From the NCBI GenBank assembly GCA_021789605.1, contig JAJYJI010000003.1, forward strand, positions 36,450-100,449: a stretch of 64,000 nt of DNA, read 5' to 3'. The notes beneath the pieces were generated by a model. That model was not told the DNA's origin. It made no database searches and saw only the letters and a list, made by a program, of their open reading frames with translations. Each line of letters begins with the position of its first letter. Within the stretch, counting starts at the first letter, position 1. Positions 39,406 through 49,239 of this stretch are shown here, piece by piece. The DNA comes from a bacterium (GTDB lineage Bacteria; SZUA-79; Acidulodesulfobacterales; Acidulodesulfobacteraceae). Position numbers and translations under genes: made by a program.

Positions 39406-40779
39406 ATGTATATAATTACTATAATTATAGCGATACTTATATTAGTAGCTTTTTTCGAGTATCTTTACGCGTTGAACCCCGCTAGAGTTCCGCTGCATTA
39501 TGCGCCCGGACACCATCATATAATAACGAGCTACCTTATAATTTATATTTTTTCTGCATTCTTTGCGGGAATAGGCATAATATTAATTATAAACATATTG
39601 AAAGATTCCGTTTCCCAGATAAAAAACCTTATATATAAAAGAAAACAATATATAAAAACCGAGCTGGACAACTCCGTCGGCAAGGCATACGAATCATATA
39701 TTAAAGGTCAATACGACGACGGTATAGACTTAATAAAAAAATATTTGTCGAACTATCCCGATAATCTCGGCGCCTATCTTCTTCTGGCAAAAATATATAA
39801 GCACAAGGGCAAGTTCAAGGAATCCGAAACCGCATTAAATAAAGCGTTGGAAATAGAAGCGGGCAATATACACGTTCTTAACGAAGCCGGAAATCTTTAC
39901 GAATTTAATAAGGATTACGATAAAGCCGTTTTTTATTTCGGCAGGGCGCTGGATTTTTCGCACGAGAACCTTTACGCGATAACGCGGCTCAAAGATATAT
40001 ATATAAAAAAAGGGGAATGGAAAAACGCTTACAAAATGGCGAAACTTTTTCTTTCCGAATCCAAAGATAAAGAAATAAATAAAAAAGAAGAAGAAGTTAT
40101 GCTCGGCCTTAAATATGAATTCGGGAAATATCTTCTGGAATCCGAAAACGATACCGAGAGGTCGGCTAAAAGGTTTAATCAGGTCCTAAGCCAGAATAAA
40201 AATTTCGTACCGGCATATATATCGCTGGGAGACGTTTTTATAAAAAAAGGAAAATTTCAGGAAGCTTTCGATTTGTGGAAGAAGGCGTTCTTAAAGACCG
40301 GCAATCTTGCCTTAATTATTAAGATAGAAGATACGTCCATAAAAACAAGTCATCCGGAAAACATAATCAAGCTTTATCAAGAGCTGATATACGAAAATCC
40401 GGAAAGATGGGAATACAGGCTTTTCCTCGGAAAATTATACATAAGGCTGGAAATGATAGACGAAGCTCTTTCGAATCTCTCCGCAATACCATCGTCCATA
40501 TTTAAAGACAACTCTCTAAATATGCTGCTGGCGGAATGTTATCTTAAAAGAGAAAAATATTACGACGCCTCAATAAATTTCAGAAAAGCCCTTAAAAGCC
40601 AATTTCCTGTTAAACTGCCGTTTGCTTGTTCAAACTGCGGGTTTGTTTCGTATAGCTATTTTTCCATATGTCCTTCATGCAATTTCTGGAACACATCCAA
40701 TATAAAAACGTCCGGGACTCTTTATGAAACTGGTTCCAAAGACGAATTTAAAAATATATCCTCTTTCATTTCCGAATAA
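39406..40779 (+). CDS. Membrane-anchored TPR protein with C-terminal C4 zinc ribbon (LapB/YciM-like)
   Basis: Has N-terminal TM helices, multiple TPR-like repeats, and a terminal CSNC-x11-CPSC motif (40627-40680). This is the same architecture as LapB, the LPS assembly regulator. Confidence 0.65.
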   Translation: MYIITIIIAILILVAFFEYLYALNPARVPLHYAPGHHHIITSYLIIYIFSAFFAGIGIILIINILKDSVSQIKNLIYKRKQYIKTELDNSVGKAYESYIKGQYDDGIDLIKKYLSNYPDNLGAYLLLAKIYKHKGKFKESETALNKALEIEAGNIHVLNEAGNLYEFNKDYDKAVFYFGRALDFSHENLYAITRLKDIYIKKGEWKNAYKMAKLFLSESKDKEINKKEEEVMLGLKYEFGKYLLESENDTERSAKRFNQVLSQNKNFVPAYISLGDVFIKKGKFQEAFDLWKKAFLKTGNLALIIKIEDTSIKTSHPENIIKLYQELIYENPERWEYRLFLGKLYIRLEMIDEALSNLSAIPSSIFKDNSLNMLLAECYLKREKYYDASINFRKALKSQFPVKLPFACSNCGFVSYSYFSICPSCNFWNTSNIKTSGTLYETGSKDEFKNISSFISE

Positions 40780-40811
40780 AACGAAACGGCAAGAAAAATC
40801 TAAGAAAATTT

Positions 40812-42356
40812 ATGAAAAAATTTAAAAAAGCTATATTGATTATTCTGGACGGGTTTGGAATATCGGAAGAAATCAGCGGCAATGCAGTTATAAACTCTAA
40901 GCCGGAATTTATAAATTCTCTTTTTAAAAATTATCCGTTTACTACTCTGGCGGCCCACGGCCTCGACGTAGGTTTGCCGGAAAATACCATGGGCAATTCG
41001 GAAGTCGGCCATTCCAATATAGGTGCGGGGCGCGTGGTAATGCAGGATTTGACTAAAATAGATTTGCTCATAAAAAACGATGCCTTAAAAAACAATAAAG
41101 TTTTAAAGGAATTTCTGGAAAAGATTAAAAACGGCAATTCAAGGGTCCATCTTATGGGATTATTATCGGAAAGCGGGGTGCATTCCGAATTGTCCCATTT
41201 ATTATATTTAATCGATTTTTTTTATAATAACGGGGCAAAAGAGATTTATATACATCCGTTTTTGGACGGCAGGGATTCTCCGCCTCAAAGTTCCGGTATT
41301 TTCTTAAATAAACTGAACACCCATATAAAGCCTTTTTACGGCAGGGTATTTATATCGACCGTTTGCGGAAGATTTTACGCAATGGACAGGGATACCAGAT
41401 GGGATAGAATTGAAACCGCTTTTAACGCGCTGACCCGCTTAAAAGGCGAAAAATTCGACGACCCTTTGAGCGCCGTAAAAAAATTTTATGCAGACAATAT
41501 AACGGATGAGTTTATGCCGCCCATAACCCTCGGCGGCTTTGGAAAAAACTTCGGCGGAATAAAAACGGACGACGGAGTTCTGTTTTTTAATTTCAGGGCC
41601 GACAGGGCAAAGCAGTTGACCATGTCGCTTACCTTCAAAGATTTCGATTATTTTCCGAGAGGAGATTTTGAGCCCGTCAAAAATTTTATAACAATGACAA
41701 AATACGACGATTCGTTCGAAAACAAATATATTATAGAACCTGAAAACTATAAAAATATTTTAGGAGAGGTTATTTCCGAATCGGGCTTAAACCAGCTGAG
41801 AATAGCCGAAACCGAAAAATATGCCCATGTAACTTATTTTTTTAATTGCGGAAGGCAGGAGCCTTTTAAGAACGAGGACAGGATATTGATACCTTCCCCT
41901 AGAGATTTTAAAACATACGATTTAATACCGGAAATGAGCGCATTCGGGATTAAAGACGCTCTTATAGAAAAAATAAAAACATGCAGATATCAATTAATAG
42001 TCTGCAATTTTGCAAACTGCGATATGGTGGGGCACACCGGAAATTACGCCGCCGCCGTAAAAGCCGTTAAGGCGGTTAATTCCGTTATAAGCGAGATAAT
42101 TCCGGCCGCTTTAAATTTTAATTACGCGTGCATAATAACGGCTGACCACGGAAATGCAGAAACTATGACGGACGCGGACGGAAAACCTATGACCAACCAC
42201 ACCTTAAATCCCGTGCCGTTTGCCATAATTTCAAACGGCGCAAAAGAAATTCCGCCTCTAAAATCCGGCAGGCTTGCGGACATTGCCCCGACGATACTTA
42301 AACTGTTAAATTTAAGCCTGCCGGAGGAGATGACCGGACGCGTTTTATGGGAATAA
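40812..42356 (+). CDS. gpmI: 2,3-bisphosphoglycerate-independent phosphoglycerate mutase
   Basis: Has ILDGFG, MGNSEVGHSNIGAGR and ITADHGNAE motifs. Length is 514 aa. Confidence 0.95.
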   Translation: MKKFKKAILIILDGFGISEEISGNAVINSKPEFINSLFKNYPFTTLAAHGLDVGLPENTMGNSEVGHSNIGAGRVVMQDLTKIDLLIKNDALKNNKVLKEFLEKIKNGNSRVHLMGLLSESGVHSELSHLLYLIDFFYNNGAKEIYIHPFLDGRDSPPQSSGIFLNKLNTHIKPFYGRVFISTVCGRFYAMDRDTRWDRIETAFNALTRLKGEKFDDPLSAVKKFYADNITDEFMPPITLGGFGKNFGGIKTDDGVLFFNFRADRAKQLTMSLTFKDFDYFPRGDFEPVKNFITMTKYDDSFENKYIIEPENYKNILGEVISESGLNQLRIAETEKYAHVTYFFNCGRQEPFKNEDRILIPSPRDFKTYDLIPEMSAFGIKDALIEKIKTCRYQLIVCNFANCDMVGHTGNYAAAVKAVKAVNSVISEIIPAALNFNYACIITADHGNAETMTDADGKPMTNHTLNPVPFAIISNGAKEIPPLKSGRLADIAPTILKLLNLSLPEEMTGRVLWE

Positions 42357-43285
42357 TTTCCATGATATCTTCTGACGGCGGCATCAGGCTTGACGTATTT
42401 TTAGCGGAACGCTTCAAAAGCGGCACGAGGTCGTATATTAAAAAATTAATATTAAGCGGAAATGCCAAGGTTAACGGGCTCACCGTAAAAAAACCGGCTT
42501 ATATGCTTAAAGGAGGCAGTTCGGTAACCTTGGAAGAGCCGGAAATAATTAAGTCAGGCTTAAAAGAGCTAGACCGCGATATAGAAATTATTTACGAAGA
42601 CGATTATATTGCGGCGGTAAATAAACCGGCGGGTATTGCGACGCACCCGGGAAAAGGAAATTACGACAATACGCTGGCAAATATTTTGGTTGGGAAAATA
42701 TCGAATCTTTCGGGCATAGGCGGCGTGGAAAGGCCGGGAATAGTCCACAGGCTGGATAAAGATACGTCCGGCATCATGCTTGTGGCAAAAAACGATTTTT
42801 CGCATAACGCTCTTATGCATAACTTTAAAGAACACCAGATACAAAAAACATATCTTGCCGTATGCTACGGACTTATTCATCAAAAAAGCGGATGCGTCGA
42901 GGGATTCATTAAAAGGAGCCCTAACAGCAGGCTCAGAATGGAAATGACGGCAGAAACGGGAAAATATTGTTTTACCGGCTTTGAAACCTTAAGCCATATA
43001 AGGGGCGCGGCGACATTGCTTAAAGTGATGCCCAGAACGGGGAGGACGCATCAAATCAGGGTATCGCTTTTAGAAAAAGGCTGTCCTATAGTCGGAGATA
43101 AAGTTTATAAAAGAAAAGACATTGCCGATAAATATAAAAGCCTGAATTCCGTAAAAAGGCAGATGCTTCATGCCTACATGCTTGAGTTCGTTCACCCGAA
43201 AACTAAAGAAAACATGCTTTTAAAGGCAAACGTTCCAGAAGATATGGAATGGGCAATCGACGCGGACGCCAGATTAAAATTATAG
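42347..43285 (+). CDS. rluD: 23S rRNA pseudouridine synthase, RluD family
   Basis: Has an S4-like N-domain, the catalytic motif GIVHRLDKDTSGIML, and GRTHQIR. Confidence 0.9.
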   Translation: MGIISMISSDGGIRLDVFLAERFKSGTRSYIKKLILSGNAKVNGLTVKKPAYMLKGGSSVTLEEPEIIKSGLKELDRDIEIIYEDDYIAAVNKPAGIATHPGKGNYDNTLANILVGKISNLSGIGGVERPGIVHRLDKDTSGIMLVAKNDFSHNALMHNFKEHQIQKTYLAVCYGLIHQKSGCVEGFIKRSPNSRLRMEMTAETGKYCFTGFETLSHIRGAATLLKVMPRTGRTHQIRVSLLEKGCPIVGDKVYKRKDIADKYKSLNSVKRQMLHAYMLEFVHPKTKENMLLKANVPEDMEWAIDADARLKL

Positions 43286-43355
43286 GCATGGGCAATGGGC
43301 AATGGCTTCGGCTTGCCGGCGCTGAACTTATAATAAGCTAAAGAGGCTGTATAAA

Positions 43356-43979
43356 ATGGTAAAAATAGGCCTGACCGGCTCAATAGGTTCGGGGAAAACC
43401 ACAGTTCTCGGTTTATTTAAAAATCGCGGGCTTTTTACCATCAACCTTGACGAAGAAGCAAAAAAAATAATAAAAAAAAATGGCGCAGGGTATAAAAAAA
43501 TTGTTGATTTTTTTGGAGAAAACATTTTAAATAATAATTATGAGATAGATAGTAAAATTCTTGCCGGTATTATTTTTTCCGATTTATCAAAAAAAAGGGC
43601 ATTAGAAAACATAATCTATCCCGTTTTAAGGGCAAATATCGACCGTATGCTTAAAATAAGCAGGGAACCCGTTGTAATAATCGAAGGCGCAGTTATTATC
43701 GAATCCGGATATTATCTTAATCTAGATAAAACCGTCCTTGTTACCTGCGATTCCTCCAAGAGAATTAAAAGAGCGCATAAAAAATTCAATCTCGACGATT
43801 TCATGAGGAGAAACAAAAATCAATTAAGCGAAAAAGAAAAAATTAAGAAATCGGACTTTATTATAAATAATAATTACGGTTTAAATTTCTTAATCCCACA
43901 GGTCAATCTTTTTCTGTATTTTTTAAATAACGTATGCAATGTTAACTTTCCCGCTCAAAACAGCTTAAATAATGCCTAA
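43356..43979 (+). CDS. coaE: Dephospho-CoA kinase
   Basis: Has the P-loop IGLTGSIGSGKTTV at the N-terminus. Length is 207 aa. Confidence 0.88.
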   Translation: MVKIGLTGSIGSGKTTVLGLFKNRGLFTINLDEEAKKIIKKNGAGYKKIVDFFGENILNNNYEIDSKILAGIIFSDLSKKRALENIIYPVLRANIDRMLKISREPVVIIEGAVIIESGYYLNLDKTVLVTCDSSKRIKRAHKKFNLDDFMRRNKNQLSEKEKIKKSDFIINNNYGLNFLIPQVNLFLYFLNNVCNVNFPAQNSLNNA

Positions 43980-44012
43980 ATAATAAAAAAAATCAATGGA
44001 GGCGCGTCGCTT

Positions 44013-44999
44013 ATGGAATCATCATACCTTAAATTTATAAAAGAGTTTTTGGATTTCGTACGCCAAAAAAAATCGATAGAAGAATCTATGCATTTTATCG
44101 ATATCGGTTTCGAATACACGTTCGGTGCAACGGCAATAATGTTTATTCGTAAAGAAAAAAATTCTGAAACGGAGGTGGAAATTTCCAGAGGGTTGTCCCA
44201 AAAATATATAACGAAAACGAACGGAACCCCCCCGTCCTCCTTATTGGCCGATATAGCGTCCATGAAAAGCGGATTATATATCGATTTTAGAAAAGACGGC
44301 GGAAAATATCCGGAATACGCTTACTTATTCGAGCATGACGGCGTATCCGAATTTTATGCGTACGAATTAAAAACCGGCTATTCCGATTCTTATTCCGTAA
44401 TAATGTATTCCGTGCCGGGATTTAAGAATTGCGGCGATAACAAAACGGAAGTCTTCGACACTATTTTTTCCATATTAGCTTACGTCTTAGGTTTTAAAAG
44501 GTGCATGCGGTCTACGAGCGACAGCTTGCAGGCAGATTCAGTATCGGGACTGAATAATTTTAAATATTTCCATGAAAAACTTTTTCAGGAAATACAAAAA
44601 GCGGTTAATGAAAAAGGACGGCTGTCCGTATCCTTAATCTCCATAAATCAATTAAACAAGTTAAACGCCATAAACGGACACGGCGCGGGAGATAAAAATA
44701 TCGCTTTGATAGGAGAAATCATCAGGAAAAATACGAGGATGTTCGATATAGCCGCAAGATACGGCAACAAATTTATAATCCTGTTTCCGGATGCGGACGG
44801 CGATAAGGCGAAGGGCATCTTAAAAGCAATCTTTTCCGAAGTGGAATCGGAGTTTAAAAAAAGCGGTCAGGATATTTTATCTTTAAATTCCGGCGTTTCG
44901 ACGTTTCCCTCCGACGGCGTTAACGAACGGGATATTTTAGACGCCGCCGAAGGCCGCCGCATCGAAGCAAAGAGGCATGATAAATGGGCTATACGGTAA
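44013..44999 (+). CDS. GGDEF-domain protein with a degenerate active site (YGNKF) and a retained RxxD I-site; N-terminal GAF-like sensor region
   Basis: The C-terminal half aligns by eye to a GGDEF domain (DSVSGLNNFKYF ... NGHGAGDKNI ... RMFDIAARYGNKFIILFPD). The signature position reads YGNKF (44760-44774), and RMFD lies five residues upstream (44736-44747). Confidence 0.75.
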   Translation: MESSYLKFIKEFLDFVRQKKSIEESMHFIDIGFEYTFGATAIMFIRKEKNSETEVEISRGLSQKYITKTNGTPPSSLLADIASMKSGLYIDFRKDGGKYPEYAYLFEHDGVSEFYAYELKTGYSDSYSVIMYSVPGFKNCGDNKTEVFDTIFSILAYVLGFKRCMRSTSDSLQADSVSGLNNFKYFHEKLFQEIQKAVNEKGRLSVSLISINQLNKLNAINGHGAGDKNIALIGEIIRKNTRMFDIAARYGNKFIILFPDADGDKAKGILKAIFSEVESEFKKSGQDILSLNSGVSTFPSDGVNERDILDAAEGRRIEAKRHDKWAIR

Positions 45000-45053
45000 A
45001 AAGGCGCGTATAAAATATTACGCTAAATTAATTAAAATTTTAAAGGAATATTT

Positions 45054-46319
45054 ATGAACATTAAGGAATTATCCGTAAAAAAGATTAACGAGCTGTTGCA
45101 GATAGCAAAAGACTACAATATCGAGGGAGCTTCGGGGATGCGCAAGCAAGACCTAATATATGCGCTGCTTCAGGCCGAAACCGAAAAGAATCAGCAGGCC
45201 GAAAAAAACGGGTTGATTTCGGGAGAAGGCGTGCTTGAAATCTTACCCGACCAGTATGGATTTCTAAGGTCGCTGGAGGCAAATTATCTTCACGGTCCGG
45301 ACGATATTTACGTATCTCCGTCCCAGATTAGAAAATTTGGGCTGAGAACGGGCGACACGATTCGCGGAGTCATAAGGCCGCCTAAGGACAGCGAAAGATT
45401 TTACGCTCTTTTAAAAGTCGAAAGCATAAATTTTGAAGACCCCGAAATCGCAAAGGAAAAGATTTTATTCGATAATCTGACGCCTTTATATCCCGAAGAA
45501 AGGATAAAACTTGAGTTCGACTCAAAAAATTTATCGACGAGGCTTATGGACCTTCTTATTCCCATTGGAAAAGGGCAGAGAGGACTGATAGTCGCCCCTC
45601 CGAGAACCGGAAAAACCATGCTCTTAAAAGATATAGCCCATGCCATTAATACCAACCATAAGGAAATTTTCCTCATGGTTCTCCTCATAGACGAAAGGCC
45701 TGAAGAAGTTACGGATATGCAAAGGTCGGTCAACGGAGAAGTAATCAGTTCGACTTTCGACGAACCGCCTCAAAGGCATATCCAGATTGCGGAAATAGTC
45801 ATAGAAAAGGCAAAAAGATTGGTGGAAACCGGAAAAGACGTCGTTATTTTGCTTGATTCCATAACGAGGCTCGCAAGGGCTTACAACGTGACCATCCCCT
45901 CTTCAGGAAAGGTTCTGTCCGGCGGCGTCGATTCCAATGCCCTGCACAAGCCCAAAAGATTTTTCGGAGCGGCGAGAAACATAGAAGAAGGAGGCAGTCT
46001 CACCATAATAGCTACCGCTTTAATCGACACCGGTTCCAGGATGGACGAGGTAATTTTTGAAGAGTTTAAAGGCACCGGCAATCTGGAGGTAAATTTAGAC
46101 AGAAAACTTTCCGAAAAAAGAATATTCCCCGCCATAGACATTAATAAATCGGGCACTCGAAAAGAAGAGCTTCTCGTCGATAAAGACCATTTAAAAAAGA
46201 TATGGATATTAAGAAAAGTTTTGTCCAATATGGACACCCCCGAAGCAATGGAATTCCTGATAGACAAAATAAAAAATACCAAATCCAACGCGGATTTCTT
46301 AAACATGATGAACCAGTAA
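45054..46319 (+). CDS. rho: Transcription termination factor Rho
   Basis: Has a Rho N-terminal domain, a cold-shock-like RNA-binding domain (GFLR ... [19 protein letters not shown]), Walker A PPRTGKT, and the Q and R loops. Length is 421 aa. Confidence 0.97.
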   Translation: MNIKELSVKKINELLQIAKDYNIEGASGMRKQDLIYALLQAETEKNQQAEKNGLISGEGVLEILPDQYGFLRSLEANYLHGPDDIYVSPSQIRKFGLRTGDTIRGVIRPPKDSERFYALLKVESINFEDPEIAKEKILFDNLTPLYPEERIKLEFDSKNLSTRLMDLLIPIGKGQRGLIVAPPRTGKTMLLKDIAHAINTNHKEIFLMVLLIDERPEEVTDMQRSVNGEVISSTFDEPPQRHIQIAEIVIEKAKRLVETGKDVVILLDSITRLARAYNVTIPSSGKVLSGGVDSNALHKPKRFFGAARNIEEGGSLTIIATALIDTGSRMDEVIFEEFKGTGNLEVNLDRKLSEKRIFPAIDINKSGTRKEELLVDKDHLKKIWILRKVLSNMDTPEAMEFLIDKIKNTKSNADFLNMMNQ

Positions 46320-46328
46320 CAGCCTTCC

Positions 46329-46378
46329 GGCAATATTATTATTGCCTTAAAAGCCGTCGGATATCTTAATCCGGCGGC
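46329..46378 (+). terminator. Two stem-loops immediately downstream of rho (possible terminator or processing signals; neither has a clear U-tract)
   Basis: The first is GGCAAT-attatt-ATTGCC at 46329-46346. The second is GCCGTCGGA-tatcttaa-TCCGGCGGC at 46353-46378 with one G-U pair. Both were identified by hand complementarity only. Confidence 0.3.
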
Positions 46379-46516
46379 GGCCCCGTCTAAAATCCGGCTT
46401 AACCGCCAACCTCTTTTTATAAAATCTTTTTATAAAAAATAAAAATATGTAAATTTATGGTATATTATTAAAGATATACAAAAAAATTTATTTCATTTTT
46501 TATACTAAATAAAAAT

Positions 46517-47680
46517 ATGGATTTGCCTTTTAACAGGGACGACATACTCGATGCGATTAACGACGGGATAATCGTCATAGACGAAAATTATAAAATAGTT
46601 TATGCAAACAGGCGTTTTTTGCAAGATACCGGCATGTCCGCATCGGAAGTTATCGGCAATTATTGTTATAAGGTAGCCCATTTCAGGGACGACCCCTGCG
46701 ACCCTTTGCTAGAATCGTGTTCCGTGGAAGAGGTTATCAAAAAGGGCAAGACGGTAAAAGTTATTCACGGCCACTACGGCTCCGAAAAAAAAGAATTTGC
46801 CGTAGAAATTAATTCCGCGCCGCTTTGCGACGATTTAACGGGTAAAAAATATGCCGTTGAGATATTAAGGCGTCTCGGCAGCGGTTCTAACGCCCAGTTA
46901 AAATTTAATCTTTCGCAGAGGCTTTCCGAAGTGGGCCTTTTGGCGGAGGGGGTAGCGCATGAGATAAATAATCCGCTCAATAATATTATCGCTTCCATAG
47001 ATATGATAAAGATGTGCGCGGACGGCGGTTTAACGCGGAACGGCGATATCGAGGATATCGAGAAAAAAGGCGGCTGCGATTTAAAAAAATACTTTGAATT
47101 AATGAAGCAGGAAATCGAAAGATGCAAGGATATAACAAAAAAACTTCTCATTTTATCGAGGCCGGTGTCAAATCTTTCCGATATAGTAAACGTAAATAAT
47201 TCGGTGGAAGAAAGCCTTTCGCTGCTGTCTTTTACTGCAAATAAAAAAAATATAATGATAAAAAAAAATCTTGCGCCGGATATTCCGCTGACGGGTTTTT
47301 CGGAAGCCGGGTTAAGGCAGGTTTTATTAAATATAGGGCTCAACGCCATACAGGCCGTTCAAAACGATTCGGGAATAATTTATTTTATCACCAAAAAGAT
47401 AAAGGAATATATTTATATCCTCATAATTGACAACGGCCGCGGCATAGAACAGGAAGACATCAAGAAAATTTTCGACCCATTTTTTTCAAAAAACAAAAAT
47501 TCGGCAAGCACCGGACTCGGCCTTTCTATATCTATGAGCATTATGAAATCCTTGGGCGGTTCGATAGAAGTCAGGTCAAAACACGACCTCGGCACTAAAT
47601 TTGTCGTAAAAATTCCTATATCAAAAAATTTTTCGGAAAGTAAAAAAAATAAAACGGGAATAGAACTTGCTGTAAATTAG
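46517..47680 (+). CDS. Cytoplasmic PAS-domain sensor histidine kinase
   Basis: Has an N-terminal PAS domain (GIIVIDENYKIVYANRRF), the H-box GVAHEINNPLNNI, and an HATPase_c domain (N box LNAIQA, DNGRGI, GLGLSIS). No TM segment is visible. Confidence 0.87.
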   Translation: MDLPFNRDDILDAINDGIIVIDENYKIVYANRRFLQDTGMSASEVIGNYCYKVAHFRDDPCDPLLESCSVEEVIKKGKTVKVIHGHYGSEKKEFAVEINSAPLCDDLTGKKYAVEILRRLGSGSNAQLKFNLSQRLSEVGLLAEGVAHEINNPLNNIIASIDMIKMCADGGLTRNGDIEDIEKKGGCDLKKYFELMKQEIERCKDITKKLLILSRPVSNLSDIVNVNNSVEESLSLLSFTANKKNIMIKKNLAPDIPLTGFSEAGLRQVLLNIGLNAIQAVQNDSGIIYFITKKIKEYIYILIIDNGRGIEQEDIKKIFDPFFSKNKNSASTGLGLSISMSIMKSLGGSIEVRSKHDLGTKFVVKIPISKNFSESKKNKTGIELAVN

Positions 47681-47711
47681 CCAAAAATTATTAATTAATT
47701 ATACATTATAT

Positions 47712-49058
47712 ATGGACAACAATTCGATTTCGATACTTATCGTTGACGACGATATAAATTACAGAAACATTCTTTCCGATTATTTAAAAAACTTAGGCTA
47801 CGACGTGGCGACGGTTAATTCCGCAGAAGATGCCGTAAACAGGCTGGAAAAGGATTTTTTTAATATTATAGTATCGGATTTGAAACTTCCAGGAAAATCG
47901 GGGATAGAGCTGTTAAAAACCGTAAAATCAAGGTCCAAAGACGTCGAAATGATTATTTTAACGGCTTTCGGAAGCGTGGATTCCGCAGTCGAGGCTTTAA
48001 AGATGGGAGCCTGCGACTATTTAGTCAAGCCGTTAAGTCTGGAAGAGCTGAGCCTAACCATAAAAAGGCTTATAGAAAAAATAAATTTAAAAAATTACGC
48101 CTCTTATTTTAAAAGGGAAATATTCAGAAGATTTTTTATAGGAAAATCGAAAGCCGCGGCAAAGGTGATAGACGATATTACAGTCGCGGCAAAATCAAAT
48201 TTGAACGTGCTTATTACCGGAGAATCCGGCACCGGCAAAGAACTTAGCGCAAATCTTCTGCACAGGCTTTCGCCAAAAAAGGACAACCCCTTTATTATCG
48301 TAGATTCCTGCAATCTTTCGGAAAATTTATTCGAATCTGAGCTGTTCGGCCACGAGAGAGGTTCTTTTACTGGAGCAGACGTCCTCAAAAAAGGGCTTCT
48401 CGAATATGCCGACAAGGGAACCCTTTTTATAGACGAAATAGGCGAAGTGAGCGGGATAATACAGGCGAAGCTCTTAAGAATAATAGACACTAAGAGCTTC
48501 AGGCGGGTGGGGTCGTCCAAGAACCTTTCCATAGATACTAGAATTATAACGGCTACAAATAAAAATCTTAAAAAAATGGTAGAAGACGGCAGGTTCAGGG
48601 GGGATTTATTTTACAGGATAAGCGGATTTATTATCGAACTTCCTCCCTTAAGGGAAAGAAAAGAAGATATCCCGTATCTGGCCCATTATTTTATGACAAA
48701 GGAAAATAAAGTCCAGTTCTCAAAACACCTTTCTGCTTCCGCCGTAGATAAACTTTTAAATTACGGCTGGCCCGGAAACGTCAGGGAATTAAAAAACGTA
48801 ATAGAAAGGTCTATCGTTTTATCGGAAGGCATGGAGGAAATCTCTCCGGAAGCCATACAGCTCGAAGTTTCCGATTCGCAAAATTCTTACGGCGGGAAAG
48901 AGTTTGAAATTTTCGATAAAAAATTGTCTTTAAAGGAAATTGAAGAAAAATATATAGGATATCTTCTTTCCAAAGGGCATACCAAACTTGAAATTGCCCA
49001 GATTATAGGAGAAAGCGAAAGGTCGGTTTACAGGAAACTGTCCGGAATAAAAATTTAA
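47712..49058 (+). CDS. Sigma-54-dependent response regulator (NtrC family)
   Basis: Has a REC domain (ILIVDDD ... IVSDLKLPG), an AAA+ sigma-54 interaction domain (GESGTGKE, the GAFTGA-type loop as ERGSFTGA, FRGDLFYR), and a C-terminal Fis-type HTH. Confidence 0.92.
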   Translation: MDNNSISILIVDDDINYRNILSDYLKNLGYDVATVNSAEDAVNRLEKDFFNIIVSDLKLPGKSGIELLKTVKSRSKDVEMIILTAFGSVDSAVEALKMGACDYLVKPLSLEELSLTIKRLIEKINLKNYASYFKREIFRRFFIGKSKAAAKVIDDITVAAKSNLNVLITGESGTGKELSANLLHRLSPKKDNPFIIVDSCNLSENLFESELFGHERGSFTGADVLKKGLLEYADKGTLFIDEIGEVSGIIQAKLLRIIDTKSFRRVGSSKNLSIDTRIITATNKNLKKMVEDGRFRGDLFYRISGFIIELPPLRERKEDIPYLAHYFMTKENKVQFSKHLSASAVDKLLNYGWPGNVRELKNVIERSIVLSEGMEEISPEAIQLEVSDSQNSYGGKEFEIFDKKLSLKEIEEKYIGYLLSKGHTKLEIAQIIGESERSVYRKLSGIKI

Positions 49059-49239
49059 TTATTTCTATTTGTTATTTATATTCATTTTATTTTTTTAATA
49101 GATAATTGTAATATATTTTTTTTTCTTGGTTTAAAATTAAAAATATTTAGCATATTATAATATATATCGCCGTTCTTTAATTTTAAGGAAATAATTTGTT
49201 TTTTAATTAAAACCTTTATGCGACAAGGAGGATTATTTT

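Noticed and set aside
43288-43306. The heptamer ATGGGCA repeated about 2.7 times just after the rluD stop, followed by a GGCAA...TTGCC stem.
   Set aside because: It is too short to call a repeat element and has no U-tract that would make it a terminator. It is probably incidental.
46329-46346. GGCAatattattaTTGCC looked like a sigma-54 -24/-12 promoter downstream of rho and upstream of the kinase/NtrC pair.
   Set aside because: The GG-to-GC spacing is 3 nt too long compared with TGGCAC-N5-TTGC. The element is better read as a 6-bp inverted repeat (hairpin).
46774-47349. A 191-aa minus-strand ORF.
   Set aside because: It is antisense to the histidine kinase gene and has no motif, Shine-Dalgarno or independent support.
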